Of a stretch of 64,000 bases of DNA, positions 47,443 to 57,289 are shown one piece after another. Each line of letters starts with the position of its first letter. The stretch's first letter is position 1. Source of the stretch: a virus; IMG/VR virus record IMGVR_UViG_3300031963_009547; one strand, given 5' to 3'. The position numbers and the translations under genes were made by a program. Under the pieces are notes generated by a model that was not told the DNA's origin, made no database searches, and was given only the letters and a program-made list of their open reading frames with translations.

Positions 47443-48137
47443 TTTTTTTCCGCTTTACAAATTAACATTGCCTCTTTTGAGAATCTAATTATTTTGTTTG
47501 TTTTTTTACCCCATAATACTTTTTCAAAAGGTGAGTAAGGTAAAGGTAATTTTTGAATTATATACCTAAAAATGTTTAAAAATGGATATTTCCATGTTAA
47601 TGGTAACTGATACAAATAATCACATTCAGAGACAAATCCTGATAATTCACAGGCGGTTTCTAATGAGTATCGTGTAAAAGGGGTAACGTGAGTATGGTCA
47701 ATATAAAATGCTTCTTTATATGAATGTTTCCAGCTTGGCGCCATACATATTAATACTCCCCCTTTTTTTAACATTCTATAAGATTCATCTAATAAAATAT
47801 CTGGATTATGTAGATGTTCGACAACAGATTTTGAAAAAATAAAATCAAATTTTTCATCTTTAAATGGGTATTTTTTCTCATTTAAATTATATGACTTAAA
47901 CTTTTTTGATGGTATATTTTCTTTAGCTGAGTCAGAAATATCTATTCCATATGCGTCTATACCACACTCAATGAAACACTTAGTTAACACACCGTCTCCA
48001 CAACCAATATCTAAAATTTTATCACCCTTTTTTATATTATATTTTTTTATAATATAGTTAACTAACTTTTTTGGATAGTCTGTTTTATTCTCTTTATATG
48101 TTGTTTGTACGTAATTTGGATTAAATATTGAACTCAT
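47439..48137 (-). CDS. class I SAM-dependent methyltransferase
   Basis: ILDIGCGDG, GIDIS, FDFIFSKSVVEHL, LKKGG. Confidence 0.88.
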   Translation of the reverse strand: MSSIFNPNYVQTTYKENKTDYPKKLVNYIIKKYNIKKGDKILDIGCGDGVLTKCFIECGIDAYGIDISDSAKENIPSKKFKSYNLNEKKYPFKDEKFDFIFSKSVVEHLHNPDILLDESYRMLKKGGVLICMAPSWKHSYKEAFYIDHTHVTPFTRYSLETACELSGFVSECDYLYQLPLTWKYPFLNIFRYIIQKLPLPYSPFEKVLWGKKTNKIIRFSKEAMLICKAEKK

Positions 48138-48862
48138 ATTTTTTCAGTTTTGAATATAGTTTTAAGAATTGAATCTTCGCTGGTGTTTATTATCTCAATA
48201 CCAAGATTTTTTACACTATCATTTATAATTTTAAAATCATTTAAAATATTATTTATACAGACATCAAATTCAATCACTGAATGAGGTCTCATATATGAAT
48301 TATAATAACCTTTTTTATAATCTAAATCTACACCGGATATAAAAATTTTATTACAACCAAGTAATATTGATAACGCTAACATATGTATTGCAACTGTATC
48401 ACCCGTACTATATCTTAAATCATAATTTGTAAATTTTTGTAATTCTTCTTGTATTGTTAATCTACCATCTATAAAATTTTTACATCCATTAGGGCAATTA
48501 TTACATTTAGAATTATTAAAATGTCTTTGGTCGTACCCAATATAATTTAATCCTGAGGAGTTTTTTTCTATCCATTCTCTTGGGGTTGAGTCAACTGAAT
48601 CCGAATGTACTATTGTTGTACCCTCATATTTTTTAAATCTTTCTAACATAAATGGAAATGTTTGCAATGAATTTGCAAACACCCAATAATCGGGTTTTAA
48701 ATTTGTGTTAATATCAATATCATTACAACATATTAAAATTATTTCGTCTCTATTTTTTGTAATGTATTCTATAGTCTCTGATAAGGACGGACCTAAACCA
48801 CATATAAATGCAGTTTTATTTAGATGTTTGTTTTTAATTTGCTCAAAATTATATTGTATCAT
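48134..48862 (-). CDS. Maf/DUF115-like (MAF_flag10) protein, putative CMP-ulosonate transferase
   Basis: AFICGLGPSL, CCN...LKPDY, TVA..ALSILLGCNKIFISGVDL. Confidence 0.7.
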   Translation of the reverse strand: MIQYNFEQIKNKHLNKTAFICGLGPSLSETIEYITKNRDEIILICCNDIDINTNLKPDYWVFANSLQTFPFMLERFKKYEGTTIVHSDSVDSTPREWIEKNSSGLNYIGYDQRHFNNSKCNNCPNGCKNFIDGRLTIQEELQKFTNYDLRYSTGDTVAIHMLALSILLGCNKIFISGVDLDYKKGYYNSYMRPHSVIEFDVCINNILNDFKIINDSVKNLGIEIINTSEDSILKTIFKTEKI

Positions 48863-50085
48863 TTGAATGGTGATTCTATTAAATTATTTTTAATCATTTC
48901 TCTATTGATTAGGTATAAAACGTTTTTAGGTTTTAAATGTATATCATCTACATAATATATTTCTTTAGTCGTGTCTCCATCAACTAAGTAATCATATATA
49001 CTTAAAAATTTGTAACCTTTTTTTGAACACTCTTCCTTAACTCTTTGATTAAAATATTCTTTAAATTTTCTTCTTTCGCTATATGTACCTCTTGGTTTAT
49101 CAAACGCTTCTGGATTTTCTCTATAATAGAATATAAACGGCTCTTCTTTTAATTCCGGTGTTACCGAAAATAAAATTATATTTTTATTATATAAATTGTC
49201 AATAAATTGAAAATACCTATCAATAATTTCATCTATTAATTCAATATAATCTTTGTTTTGTTCGTCCATATTTTTTTTTACTTGAGCTCTACAATCTATT
49301 TCACCAAAACAAATAAGAATATTTTCATCATAAGATACATTATTAATTATTTCATATACATTTGGTTTGTTAATTAAGTTGTATGCTAAATAAGGTCCGA
49401 ACCTATAGGTATGATAAGAATCATATACAATTAATTCATTCATATTAAATAAACTTTCTTTATTAGAAAAAATACTAATATGACTATCACCAAAACAATT
49501 TATTTTTTGTATTTTTTTCTGCGTCCACCCTTCAAAAATAAATTCGTAATTAAAAATAGTATCATAATATACTGATACCTTTTCCAAAATTGAATTTCGT
49601 TTTTCAACATATCCGTCGACAAACCCGTGAAATTGTACCAAATAATTTTCAAAGACATTTAATTCAGGTATTGATGACAGATATTCTAATAATCTATACT
49701 CTTCCCCTTCAATATTAATTTTTATTAAATCTACTTGAAAAATTTGCTCCTCGAATAAAAATTCTTTTATAGATTTAAGTTTTATTTTTTCAGTTCTGTC
49801 GTTTTGTGAATATATTGATGATGCATCACCATTTGTGCTTATATATTCATCTCTTGTGATATCTGACAAACCAAAATTATAAACTTTTATATTTTCATTA
49901 TTTTTATATCTATGTACTATCTTTTCATAGAATGATAACACAGGTTCAAATATATATATTTTTGGATTTTCGTATCTGTCAATACAAATTTGAGCAAAAT
50001 CACCCATATACCCACCAACGTCAAAAATTACAGAATCTTTTTTTAATTCAAATTTCATTACATCATTCCAAGTTGGATTTCCCAT
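48859..50085 (-). CDS. FkbM methyltransferase fused to an SGNH-like domain
   Basis: N-terminal FDVGGYMG, FEPV, LIKINIEGEE; C-terminal FGDSH, FGEIDCR, DDIHL. Confidence 0.75.
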   Translation of the reverse strand: MGNPTWNDVMKFELKKDSVIFDVGGYMGDFAQICIDRYENPKIYIFEPVLSFYEKIVHRYKNNENIKVYNFGLSDITRDEYISTNGDASSIYSQNDRTEKIKLKSIKEFLFEEQIFQVDLIKINIEGEEYRLLEYLSSIPELNVFENYLVQFHGFVDGYVEKRNSILEKVSVYYDTIFNYEFIFEGWTQKKIQKINCFGDSHISIFSNKESLFNMNELIVYDSYHTYRFGPYLAYNLINKPNVYEIINNVSYDENILICFGEIDCRAQVKKNMDEQNKDYIELIDEIIDRYFQFIDNLYNKNIILFSVTPELKEEPFIFYYRENPEAFDKPRGTYSERRKFKEYFNQRVKEECSKKGYKFLSIYDYLVDGDTTKEIYYVDDIHLKPKNVLYLINREMIKNNLIESPFK

Positions 50086-50088
50086 TTT

Positions 50089-50862
50089 TCAAATTTTTAT
50101 CAATTTATTAAAATACACGTCACTTGTATCTATATTTTTTTTAGCGGGTCCAAACCATTTTTTTGGTCCTATCACTATTTTATTTTCATTCTTATTTAAC
50201 CAAGCCCCCCACCATGAAAATGACGAATTCGCTATAATATTATTATAACATAAAGACATCAAAATTAAATCTTCGTAATCTTTATTATTTTCACAATATA
50301 TAACATTATCTAAAAAGTTAAAATTTTCTTTACACCACCTAATATCATCTGAGAAAATAAAAAAAGTTTTATCAGAACCAACTATAGATATTGCTTCTTT
50401 ATAATATTCTAAACTTTGTGTTGGGTGGTGGTCTAATAGATTTAAATAATCACCTCTTCTTACATGTATAGAACAAGTGTTTTCATGTAATACTTCTTTA
50501 TATTTTTCACGTATGTTATTAACAACTTCATCACAATAAAAAAAATCTAAAATTTTATTTCTGTTGTGTTTGAAATATTTTTCAGATTGAAAATATCCGT
50601 GAAGTGATGTTGGTAACATAAAATCAGGTATGGGTGAATAGTGAAAATGTGGTTCATTATATATTTGACTCGTAACAAAATTACCATCTAATATTAAATT
50701 TTTCAAAATATTGTCCATGTAAACGTCAATTGGTTTATGGACTACTTGGACATTATTTGGGTTGATAACAAATTTTTCACCCAAATCTAAAGATTTAGAA
50801 TATGCTGTTGCGATTTGAAAAAGATAGTTCCCAAGACCACCCATTAAATAACAAGAAACCAT
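50089..50862 (-). CDS. GT11 alpha-1,2-fucosyl/colitosyltransferase
   Basis: GGLGNYLFQ, GYFQSEKYF, IHVRRGDY, FSDDIRWC, NSSFSWWGAWL. Confidence 0.92.
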   Translation of the reverse strand: MVSCYLMGGLGNYLFQIATAYSKSLDLGEKFVINPNNVQVVHKPIDVYMDNILKNLILDGNFVTSQIYNEPHFHYSPIPDFMLPTSLHGYFQSEKYFKHNRNKILDFFYCDEVVNNIREKYKEVLHENTCSIHVRRGDYLNLLDHHPTQSLEYYKEAISIVGSDKTFFIFSDDIRWCKENFNFLDNVIYCENNKDYEDLILMSLCYNNIIANSSFSWWGAWLNKNENKIVIGPKKWFGPAKKNIDTSDVYFNKLIKI

Positions 50863-50863
50863 A

Positions 50864-51679
50864 TTATAAGTTTTCTTTTATGAATTTATACACATGTTCG
50901 TCAGGTAGTAAAAAGTTTTTACACTTATCAAAGTTTTCTCTAATAACATCTAATTTTGAGTTATAAAAATCTTCATTACAGTCGTTTAAAATTGTTTCTA
51001 ACTCATCCATATTATCAAATATTAACATACCGTCAGTATTGAAAAAATCACCAATAGAAGGACACCCCCAATATATAGGAATCGTTCCTGTTGCAAAACA
51101 ATCAATTAGTTTTTCTGTAAACCAATAATCTCTTTTACAATTTTCAATAACAACTGAAAAACGATAATCTTTAAGACCATCAATTTTAAAATTAATAGGG
51201 TTATAACTTCTACCGAACACATCCATTTTATCACCAAACTTTTGAATTACTTCGTGTCTTAATCTATGCCCGTCAGTGAATGTTTTATTAGATGAAATGA
51301 CTGAAATGTTTTTACTTTTATCGTAAACTTTTTGTTCTTCTTTCGGTATCCAACAACACCCAAAAGGAATGAATTTTGTATTGTAATCTAAATCTAATAA
51401 TGTTTTTTCATGTGTTAAAATGTAATCAAACTTCATTAGATTATTTCTAACGTAATCGTAATGTTGAGGTGCAACACAAACAGGCTCAATCAACCAAGCG
51501 ATTTTATTTTTAGATGGTGGTAAATTTGATGTTAAAAAATTATCAGTAATAACTAAATTTTCAGTATTATTTGGTTGGGTTCTTTCCCACTCAAAATTTT
51601 CTGACTTTTGAAAGTCAGAACAATAACCTAAAATAGAGTGTGAAAAAGTATTATCTGCAATTTTTATTTTTTGTTTCAT
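50864..51679 (-). CDS. GT10-like fucosyltransferase
   Basis: YRFSVVIEN..RDYWFTEKLIDCFATGTIPIYWG. Confidence 0.8.
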   Translation of the reverse strand: MKQKIKIADNTFSHSILGYCSDFQKSENFEWERTQPNNTENLVITDNFLTSNLPPSKNKIAWLIEPVCVAPQHYDYVRNNLMKFDYILTHEKTLLDLDYNTKFIPFGCCWIPKEEQKVYDKSKNISVISSNKTFTDGHRLRHEVIQKFGDKMDVFGRSYNPINFKIDGLKDYRFSVVIENCKRDYWFTEKLIDCFATGTIPIYWGCPSIGDFFNTDGMLIFDNMDELETILNDCNEDFYNSKLDVIRENFDKCKNFLLPDEHVYKFIKENL

Positions 51680-52401
51680 AATATCAATTTTTCGTATGGT
51701 TTAAATGTTCTGATTTTTTGAGTAATTGTTTGAACTTTAGGTAAATTAACCTTATGGTCATTTAATGGATTACTTTCATTATAAATGTAATTTATGTCAT
51801 TCATAAATCTATAATGTTCAATACCACTCATTTCAGCCATTGGGTACATAAACGATAAATCGCCAGCAACCCCCCAATAATTTCCATATTCATCTTTTAA
51901 ATCTTCCTGATTAATTTTTCTCCACAAAAATACTCTCCAAGTTCTTAGATGAGTTAATGTAAAAGTTTCGTTTCTAATATTATCAAAACTTGTATATGGC
52001 CTTGCAAACCCAGGTCTACCATCATGATATCTAAAACTACCATTCGCTAACCATACATCATCTGAATTATATGTATCAACAACTCTTTGGAATGTTTTTG
52101 AATCCGGTAACCAATCGTCACCATCAACCTCAACACAAATGTCGTTATCTTCAATATCAAACTCACCTCTTATTACTTGGTCATAATTTCCCGGTTGAAA
52201 CATTTTAGTTTTATTTTCAATTAAAACAAATCTATCATCACCTTTAATAAAATTCTTTATTTTTTCAACCGTTCCATCTGTTGATAAATCATCAGTGATA
52301 TAACATTTAAAATTTTTATAAGTTTGAGTCATAATTGTTGCTAAGGACCTCTCAACAAAATTCTCACAATTATATGTGGTAGTTAAAACTATTAGTTTCA
52401 T
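51676..52401 (-). CDS. glycosyltransferase family 2
   Basis: TTTYNCE, DDLSTDGT, VDGDDWL. Confidence 0.88.
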   Translation of the reverse strand: MKLIVLTTTYNCENFVERSLATIMTQTYKNFKCYITDDLSTDGTVEKIKNFIKGDDRFVLIENKTKMFQPGNYDQVIRGEFDIEDNDICVEVDGDDWLPDSKTFQRVVDTYNSDDVWLANGSFRYHDGRPGFARPYTSFDNIRNETFTLTHLRTWRVFLWRKINQEDLKDEYGNYWGVAGDLSFMYPMAEMSGIEHYRFMNDINYIYNESNPLNDHKVNLPKVQTITQKIRTFKPYEKLIL

Positions 52402-54038
52402 CGGTTTAAAATTTTAATATATTCTTCTTTTATTTTTTTTGCAACTTCGATTGAGTTGAACTTTTCTACATCTGAAGGTACTTCATGTCTTTCTTTACTA
52501 AGAATATCACCTTTATCGTCTACTTGATAAATCCATCCTGGTTTGCCACATAACCACCCTTCTATCGTAGTTCTACCAAGTAAAATACCTGCAGTTTCCG
52601 TACAGTTTTTAACGTACTCCTCAACTTTATTAGTTGCTTGGAAATGTTTAACGTGTGAACTATTTAATAGTTCAGGTAAGTAATTTGATTTGTTTTCACC
52701 AACTAACCACAACTCTTTACCGATAGATTTTGAATACTCAACCAAATCTCGAATTGTTTTTTCTCTCAAATAATCAATAGTACCAACAAATAAAACATAT
52801 GGATATGTTTTTGTATTCACGTTATTAAATCTATTTGTGTCGATTGGATTATATATTACATCTGTGTTAGTTTCATCTATGTTAAAATTATCAACAACAT
52901 GTTTTTGAATTTCAGGTCGTATACAAATATACTTTTTAATTGAGTCGTGAATAAACGGATTTTCTAATTCAATCACCTCTGAATGTATTGTTGAAATTTT
53001 TGGGGTGTTTGGATACATATCACATACTCTTTGTGATATTGGATTATGTTGTACGTGAATGATATCAAAATTTACGTCTGACATCTTGTACAACATATTA
53101 GGTTGGCTTTGAACAAAACCTTGCGGTGTGTTCATTCCCCATTTTCCATCACCTAATTTATAACCAGGTGGGTTAGAGAATGGTAAAGTTTTAATTCCCT
53201 GTTGATTTGCTAATGTAGATAACGGACCATCAATATCTGAAAGAACCGTAATATCACAATTTAATTTTTTAAGACCCCTTGCAAGTTCATAAACATACAT
53301 CTCTGAGCCAGTAAAAGTTTTAAAGAATAGTGATGATAGTAATACTTTAATTGGTGACTCTAATGTGAGATTTCTTTTAATTTTAACGGGAAGAAGTTCT
53401 TTGTGTTTTTCTGCAAATTTAATTCTGTTTTGTTCCCATTCGTCATTTGTTTGACCTATTGATTTGTGAGTTACTCTAACATCGTAGATAATTCCAATTT
53501 TTACATCTTCAATAAAGTTTCTAAATGAAAAATCCACATCATAAAAGTGAAAACCTTTTATTTCTTCATTAAAAGTTTGTTTAATATTTTTCTTATTTAA
53601 AACAATGAAAAGACCATCGACTAAAACCACGTCTTCGATTTGGTTACCTAAACTTGCAGAATATTTTGATTCCCATTTTTTACCTTCGTGTTCATGATTA
53701 ACAATACCTTTCATTTTTGAAAAGTCTTCCCACCATTTTGCAGACTCAGGTAGTTGTGTTGAACCAGCAAGACCTAAAATTCCGTACTCAGGACTTCTTT
53801 TGAAATGTTTTAATATTTTACTACCCCAATTCTTACTATCGAAATAGATATCATCGTGACACAACACAACAATGTCATTTGTCGCTTGTTCTAAAATCAT
53901 ATTATAAGCTTCAGGTAGTGAATACTTACCCTCATTTTCTATTGGGATTATTTGTGGGTTTGGTACGCCGCACGTTTTCTTCAATAGTTCCACAAAACTA
54001 TCGTCAATTTTTCTTGTTGAAAATCCTATTGTAATCAT
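52398..54038 (-). CDS. two-domain glycosyltransferase (GT-A plus GT-B)
   Basis: N-terminal YN..LCHDD..DGLF..FHFYD; C-terminal TGSEMY..LA..L, IYNPID, GRTTIEG..CGKP. Confidence 0.8.
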   Translation of the reverse strand: MITIGFSTRKIDDSFVELLKKTCGVPNPQIIPIENEGKYSLPEAYNMILEQATNDIVVLCHDDIYFDSKNWGSKILKHFKRSPEYGILGLAGSTQLPESAKWWEDFSKMKGIVNHEHEGKKWESKYSASLGNQIEDVVLVDGLFIVLNKKNIKQTFNEEIKGFHFYDVDFSFRNFIEDVKIGIIYDVRVTHKSIGQTNDEWEQNRIKFAEKHKELLPVKIKRNLTLESPIKVLLSSLFFKTFTGSEMYVYELARGLKKLNCDITVLSDIDGPLSTLANQQGIKTLPFSNPPGYKLGDGKWGMNTPQGFVQSQPNMLYKMSDVNFDIIHVQHNPISQRVCDMYPNTPKISTIHSEVIELENPFIHDSIKKYICIRPEIQKHVVDNFNIDETNTDVIYNPIDTNRFNNVNTKTYPYVLFVGTIDYLREKTIRDLVEYSKSIGKELWLVGENKSNYLPELLNSSHVKHFQATNKVEEYVKNCTETAGILLGRTTIEGWLCGKPGWIYQVDDKGDILSKERHEVPSDVEKFNSIEVAKKIKEEYIKILNR

Positions 54039-54655
54039 GATATTCCTGTTGAACCAAATCCGTTATCATTTCTATCTTTTGATTCAATATCTTTAACCTC
54101 AACTAAATCCACCCAATTACCATTTAAAACAGGACAAAGAACCGCTTGAGCAACTTTCTGACCTTTTTCTATTTTTATAGATTGGTTTGTGGTGTTAAAA
54201 AGAATAACTTTTATTTCCCCTTGATATCCACTATCAATTGTACCTGGTGAGTTTAAAACGAATAATCCTTGATTTAATGCTAGACCGCTCTTGGACCTGA
54301 TTTGCACTTCATATGAATCTGCAATATCTAATCTTATCCCTGTTGGTATGAGTGCTCTTGAATTTGCACCAATAACAACTTCTTCGGCTGCTCTTAAATC
54401 AAAACCTGAATCTGACGGATATACATAACTTGGATTAACATTATCTGAAGTATTAACAAACTTAAGAGTTGCTTTAGTTATTTGTGTTGAATACTCATCA
54501 TTCATCGACTCAAAGTGTTTATTTAAATCATCGGTACTTAGACCCATTTTTTTTAAAAACTCTTCAGGATTGTTCATATCAATCTCACCTAAGTGAGATT
54601 GTAAGTCTTTAATTGTTTTGAGTTGTTCTCTTATTTCTTTTATTCCTTTAAACAT
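54035..54655 (-). CDS. dut: trimeric dUTPase with ~60-aa N-terminal extension
   Basis: SGFDL, RSKSGLA, NSPGTIDSGYQGE, AQAV, RNDNGFGSTG. Confidence 0.92.
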   Translation of the reverse strand: MFKGIKEIREQLKTIKDLQSHLGEIDMNNPEEFLKKMGLSTDDLNKHFESMNDEYSTQITKATLKFVNTSDNVNPSYVYPSDSGFDLRAAEEVVIGANSRALIPTGIRLDIADSYEVQIRSKSGLALNQGLFVLNSPGTIDSGYQGEIKVILFNTTNQSIKIEKGQKVAQAVLCPVLNGNWVDLVEVKDIESKDRNDNGFGSTGIS

Positions 54656-54656
54656 G

Positions 54657-55385
54657 TTATTTAAGAGATTTTAATTGTAAAATTGCGTTTATTAATACAT
54701 CTACATCTTTTTCACAGTATTCTGCTATTTCCTGTAGTCTATTATGGTTCCAATATGCTTCATGAACCATTCCACCATTAATTGGTCCGTCTTTAGGTGT
54801 AGGGATATCTAAACAAGTGCACATTAAATCTAATGAACCAATCGCGGTGTATGCACCATACTGCCAAATCTCTTTCGTGTCGATTGCCTTTACTTCCCAA
54901 GGTTTAGTATCATATGAGGGGAGAATCTTTGAGGGCATAATTCCATTGATAATCATTCGTTTTGCCAACATAGGGATGTCAAAGTTTTTAAGGTTATGAC
55001 CACAAAGATAAAAATCCAATTTATGACATCTATTCAAAAGGTCTCTAACCTCTAATAACAACTTGTGTTCGTCATCGTTAGAAAACGTTTGTTTTTTAAT
55101 TTCACCATTTTCTAAAACAAATGCCATAGACACACAAACTATTTTCGCAAACTCAGGAACTAAAGCAGTTCGTTTTGCATAAACATCATTCATTTTTTGC
55201 ATTTCTTCTTCGAGACCATTTGTTTCAACATTATCCTCTGGAAATCTTTTTAGGAACCAATCGAAATATTTAACAAATTGTTCTGCAATTTTAGGATGAC
55301 TTTCTTGACAAGAACTCCAGTCTTTACATAGACCAACAGTTTCTATATCTAAAAATAAAATTTTGTTAATAGGTATGTTTATCAT
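54657..55385 (-). CDS. DnaQ/PolB-type 3'-5' exonuclease
   Basis: FLDIET, GHNLKNFDIP, YCEKDV (DEDDy). Confidence 0.85.
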   Translation of the reverse strand: MINIPINKILFLDIETVGLCKDWSSCQESHPKIAEQFVKYFDWFLKRFPEDNVETNGLEEEMQKMNDVYAKRTALVPEFAKIVCVSMAFVLENGEIKKQTFSNDDEHKLLLEVRDLLNRCHKLDFYLCGHNLKNFDIPMLAKRMIINGIMPSKILPSYDTKPWEVKAIDTKEIWQYGAYTAIGSLDLMCTCLDIPTPKDGPINGGMVHEAYWNHNRLQEIAEYCEKDVDVLINAILQLKSLK

Positions 55386-56596
55386 TTTACTAAGGATTTA
55401 TATAATTCTGCTCTATTTTTTGTGACAACATTTAAGTCGTAAGTATCTTTTACTGTTTCATATAATTTTTGACCTAAATCATATGCGAAGTTAGGGTTAT
55501 CAATTAACTTTTTCATATACTTTGACCAATCACTATGATTTCTTGCTTCATCTACAAGTAACGCATTACCATCTGTAAATTCACCTTTATTAAGTGCGTG
55601 TTTCAAATCAATAGTATAAGGACCGACATTAGATGCTATAATTGCCTTTTTATAAAATCCTGCCTCAATTACTTTAAGTTGTGATTTAACTCTATTGAAT
55701 ACATGATTTTTGATTGGTGCTAAAGATACGTCAAACCATTTGTAGTTGTTAGCATAACTTGTTACTGGTTTTGTCCAAACACGATTATAGAATGTTGAAG
55801 TGTTTGATTTATACTCTTCTTCTGTAAACTTCATTAAATAATCTTTATGATTTTCATCAACAAGTTTATAGTTGTCCGTGAATATTTCCTCATAACGAGC
55901 CCAAACAGTTTCTTCAGGTTTGATTTGTCTTTGTTTTTGTTCACCTGTTTGTTGATTTATTTCGGTTACGGTTCCACGAATATCAAATCCACAAAGATAC
56001 ATACTAAATTTATCCTTCAATGGGGTTAATTTATTCATTGTACCATCTAAAAGTTTCAAGTCGTGTAAGTGTGAAGAACCACCTAACCAACCAAATCTTA
56101 ATCTATCTGACGGCTCGGTTTTTGCATTAAATTGAGATTCTTTTGGGTTAATTGCGTTAGGTAAAACAAAAACACTTTTATTGTATTTTGAAATTTCTGT
56201 TGCAAATACTGAAGTAGTAGTTGTTATGTGTTGAGCAACTTTAAGGTTCTCTATTATTTTTTTATGGAGATTAGTTTGAATTACCATTTGATGTACAGGA
56301 TGTTCTTTTGTCGGTAACCAATAGTCGTCTAAGTCCATGATAGTAACAACACCAAGGGAGTTAAGTTTTTTGATTAGATTAACTGAATTATCGTACTCGT
56401 GAGCGATAGTCCTATGAAAATGAACTATGTCGTATTGTTTCCAATAATTTAAATCATTTATCTTTGGTTCATAATCAATATCGACATGAAATTCATCTGA
56501 GTGGTTATTTTGTAACATAACGTGTGGGTCCACACTTCTAAATTTACCCACTCCTGTTTTGTCAGATGGTAGTACTAAAACTTTTATTTTACTCAT
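55382..56596 (-). CDS. GT-B (family 4-like) glycosyltransferase
   Basis: MDLDDYW, GWLGGSSHLHDL, DVSLAPI...FNRVKSQLKVIEAG...IIASNVGPY. Confidence 0.8.
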   Translation of the reverse strand: MSKIKVLVLPSDKTGVGKFRSVDPHVMLQNNHSDEFHVDIDYEPKINDLNYWKQYDIVHFHRTIAHEYDNSVNLIKKLNSLGVVTIMDLDDYWLPTKEHPVHQMVIQTNLHKKIIENLKVAQHITTTTSVFATEISKYNKSVFVLPNAINPKESQFNAKTEPSDRLRFGWLGGSSHLHDLKLLDGTMNKLTPLKDKFSMYLCGFDIRGTVTEINQQTGEQKQRQIKPEETVWARYEEIFTDNYKLVDENHKDYLMKFTEEEYKSNTSTFYNRVWTKPVTSYANNYKWFDVSLAPIKNHVFNRVKSQLKVIEAGFYKKAIIASNVGPYTIDLKHALNKGEFTDGNALLVDEARNHSDWSKYMKKLIDNPNFAYDLGQKLYETVKDTYDLNVVTKNRAELYKSLVK

Positions 56597-56634
56597 AAAT
56601 ATTTTTTTTACATAAAAGATAATTTAAATAAAAC

Positions 56635-56663
56635 AAAAAATCCACCCCTTTTGAGAGTGGATT
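56635..56663 (-). terminator. probable intrinsic terminator
   Basis: AATCCAC..GTGGATT hairpin followed by a T run on the minus strand, just after the 56684 stop. Confidence 0.6.
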
Positions 56664-56683
56664 AATATCAATTTACAATGAAA

Positions 56684-57289
56684 TTATTTTAGTTTTTTTA
56701 CTGTGGTAACTTTACCAACAAACAAATGATTACCTACTTTAAATTGAATTGTATCATTAGATTTTGATGTAGATTCTACCAACATACCAGCGTCTTTAAG
56801 TTCTTCCCTTATAACATCTCTTACTGTGTCTCTAACAACGTCTCTAATCATTGACTTCATTTCATTCATATTAAAGTTAGAAGTTGGTTGTTTTGTTGTT
56901 AAATTTTTTGATGGTTCAGGTTGAGTTACCGTAGTATTTGGGTTCATACCCATTAATCTTTGAGCCCCCTCAATTATATCATTACTAATTACTGAACCAC
57001 CGTTCATAGAACTTGGTTGTACTATTGGTTGCTCAATCATTAATCTTTTAATTTCATCAGGTAGTTTTGAATTTTTAATTCTACTTTCATCTAAAGGTTG
57101 TGACGGGTCAAAGTTTTGCCCTTGTTGTGTGACTTCACCTACATATTCTTGAGGAATATTATATGATGCGTTTGGCACCTCATAATTTTCAACCATCGGT
57201 GTTGATGGGGTAGCAGTTCCTCTATTTATTCCATTATGGGCATCCATAATTTTTTTTGAAATTGCTAATTTTTGCATTAAATCTGACAT
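56684..57289 (-). CDS. hypothetical protein
   Basis: 201-aa ORF. Confidence 0.75.
   Translation of the reverse strand: MSDLMQKLAISKKIMDAHNGINRGTATPSTPMVENYEVPNASYNIPQEYVGEVTQQGQNFDPSQPLDESRIKNSKLPDEIKRLMIEQPIVQPSSMNGGSVISNDIIEGAQRLMGMNPNTTVTQPEPSKNLTTKQPTSNFNMNEMKSMIRDVVRDTVRDVIREELKDAGMLVESTSKSNDTIQFKVGNHLFVGKVTTVKKLK

Noticed and set aside
32147-56596. Bacterial O-antigen/capsule locus from a chimeric assembly
   Set aside because: Continuously coupled to phage-type genes on both sides, with no wzx, wzy or wzm/wzt recognised; read mapping would confirm
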